From the NCBI GenBank assembly GCA_965178125.1, contig OZ237742.1, positions 62,001-126,000 on the forward strand: 64,000 bases of DNA, in the 5' to 3' direction. This document shows positions 61,763 to 64,000 of the stretch, in pieces. This DNA comes from Bilabrum cf. latius. Lineage: Eukaryota. Numbering within the stretch: the stretch's first letter is position 1; every line of letters begins with the position of its first letter. Both the position numbers and the translations under genes were made by a program. Below the pieces are notes generated by a model. That model was not told where the DNA came from and did not search any database. It worked only from the letters and a program-made list of their open reading frames with translations.

Positions 61763-64000
61763 ATGAGCCAGCTAGAGAAGCAGCATCAAAAGCGGCTGCG
61801 AGAAGATGGCATGCCAGATGTCGGGCAAGTGAGTTTCCATCCAGTAGAAGCAGGTGCTGAGAAAAGATTTGGCCTTCTCCACTTGTTTTGGCCAACAAAC
61901 CAAAAAATATCGCTGCCGCAGGAGCATGGTGGTGATTTTCGGACATACATGTATCATAAAAATGCCAAGTTGGACGAGCAATAGCAGCATAGATTCGACA
62001 GCGGTGTCCCCTTGCCGCAGATTTTCAAAGGGTGCCGCATAGAGGTGGACGGCCGAACGCAACCGCCATTCTCTGAGCTGTAGCTGTTAGTGGGCGAGCG
62101 AGGCGGTCGTGTCGTTCTCTACGGGGGTGGGAAAACAGATCTTACCCACTTGATTTGCGGCAGGCTCCCAGAGACGAAGCTTCGAGACTACGCCCGTAGC
62201 CTGCGCAAGCTCCCGGTCGTGTCTGCAAGCTGGGTGGTGCAGTCGTGTAGAGAAGGCAGGTTGTTAGACCCGTGGGGTTTTGTCCTGCCTGCCTTGCGGC
62301 GCGCAGCCCTGGGAGGCCCCCACTCGTCCTCGTCCTCGTCCGGGCCCGTCGGCAGCGGGGCACCCAGTCCCTTCCTGGCCAGCCTCTGGGGGAACAGCAG
62401 CAATGTATCCAAGGGAGGACCCAGCCGTACCACTGCAGCACTGCGGCACGGGCAGACTATCGCTGTTCGTCCTGCCGCGCCCCAGCCCGACGGGCTTCCG
62501 GAGGAGCGCCCGCAGTCGTTCACCGGCGGTGCCCCCCCTTCGCACTCGGGCAAGAGCAGCCGACAGGACCCTGACTTTGTCCGGAACTACTTCCGCAACT
62601 CCAGGCTGCACTTCATAGGAGAGGCCAAGCAACACATGCAGCACCTCATCGTGCGCACGCTCAGGGCGCTGGGGGGGTAGGCAGGGCAGGGGATCGTGGC
62701 CATGCGCACCGTGGGTCAGGGTCAGGGTCAGGGTCAGGGTCAGGGTCAGGGTCAGGGTCAGGGCCAGGGTCAGGGTCAGGGACGCGGGGGCAAGGGCGAG
62801 GGCGGACCTGGCAAAGACGGGGGCGCGAGCGCCAGCGGCCAGGCATCTGCTGCATTGGGAGGCGCTGCGCATGGCAGCTCCACCGCTAGGTCCAGCACGA
62901 AGCATAGCGGATCCTCGGCAGCGGCTGCCGACCGTAGCCGGTCCCGCAGGCGCGGCGAGCGGTGGATCGCGCACGTGGACATGGACTGTTTTTTTGCCTC
63001 TGTGGCTCTGCTGCGCCGCCCCGAGTTCAAGTCTAGGCCGGTGGCCGTGAGTCACGTGGTGGACGGCTCGGAGTATTCCACCACGCAGGCCAGCGGTGAG
63101 ATCTCTAGCTGCAACTACCTCGCGAGAGCAAACGGCGTGCGCGGAGGCATGTGGCTCAAAGAGGCGCGCCGGCTGTGCCCCGCGCTCGTGGTGCTGCCCT
63201 ACGATTTTGATCTCATCGCTAGGGTGGCAGCCCGGGTCGTGGCCCTGTTCTGCCGCACGGCTCGCGTGGTGGAAGCGGTCTCCGTTGACGAGGCCTACCT
63301 GGACCTGGGCTCTGACCCTGCCCCCGATGAGACGATCCGCAAACTGCGAGCTGCCATCGAGAGGCAGACGGGGTGCACTGCAAGCGCGGGGATCGCGCGC
63401 AATCGACTCCTGGCCAAGCTCGCCACCTCCAGAGGCAAGCCCAACGGCTAGTTCCTGCTGCCTGACGACGACTAGAATGTCCGCGCATTCCTACGGCCGT
63501 TGCCCGCCTCGATCGTCCCTGGCATCGGCTGGGCCACCGCCCGAGAGCTGGTCAAGCGAGGGGTCCACACCGTGGGCGACCTTCAGCGCATGGGAGCCAT
63601 GGGGCTGGCTGCCGCTATGGGGGGCGCGTCTGCAGCGGCTGGAGACCGGGCGGCAGCGTCTGCGGGAGGCAGTGGCGGCCGTCGCGCCGAGCAGCTGGTG
63701 CGTGCGGACGAACTGATCCGGCTGTCTCACGGCATCGATGACAGCACCGTGGAGCTGGTGCGGCCTCGGCAGAGCGTGAGCGCGCAGGTATTTTGGGGCG
63801 TCCGCTTCCTGCAGGACGAGGGCGAGCTAGCCGAGAAGGCCATGCGGGACATCGCCAGGGAGGTGGCGGGGAGGCTGCAGCGGTTCGGGCTGGAGGAGGC
63901 ATTCGCAGAGGGCGCGGTGGCGGAGGCAGATCTAGTGGGAATTCAACGCGGAGAGCGGGGTGCGGGAGCTCGTGCATCAGTCGACGAAAGTAGAAGTAAT
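61763..64000 (+). CDS. REV1: Y-family polymerase / deoxycytidyl transferase REV1, 3' end runs off the window
   Basis: BRCT (IFKGCRIEVDGRTQP..WVVQSCREGRLL), DPDFVRNYFRNSRLHFIG, HVDMDCFFASV, EISSCNYLAR, EAVSVDEAYLD, AKLATSRGKPNG*F, GIDDS..RQSVSAQVFWGVRF. Possible in-frame intron 61829..61921. Confidence 0.93.
62714..62782 (+). repeat. (GGTCAG)n microsatellite encoding (GQ)n within REV1
   Basis: About 11 copies of cagggt. Confidence 0.9.

Noticed and set aside
63440-63480. In-frame TAGs as 3' splice sites of tiny introns
   Set aside because: In REV1, STX5 and EBP1 the protein is colinear with homologues on both sides of the TAG, with no extra sequence, and usually no suitable GT donor lies nearby.

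Overview
Gene-dense, GC-rich eukaryotic nuclear DNA, probably a heterotrophic stramenopile such as a bicosoecid. This is inferred from the H3 sequence, the channelrhodopsin type and the gene content. The ORF track looks fragmented because the genome appears to use a variant genetic code. In-frame TAG falls at conserved Gln positions (the syntaxin-5 zero-layer Q, the REV1 KPNG-Q motif, EBP1, the PA-domain AQ), while every complete gene model ends in TGA or TAA. Reading TAG as Gln and removing short GT-AG introns gives about 29 colinear genes. These include a sterol glucosyltransferase, a Wee1-like kinase, DCTN6, an FKBP-like protein, WDR24, STX5, EBP1/PA2G4, a patatin, a DeSI peptidase, a 7TM-RGS protein, a vacuolar sorting receptor, H3, CSN6, a GH3 xylosidase, a TTM RNA triphosphatase, PIG-C, an ankyrin protein and REV1. 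Three loci stand out: an intron-split bacteriorhodopsin-like channelrhodopsin (KCR/BCCR family), a five-copy 1067-bp tandem array of a 50-aa H1-like gene, and a DUF1752+GT4+HAD-nucleotidase fusion. All gene models and homologies were made by eye and from memory of the families. No searches were run.
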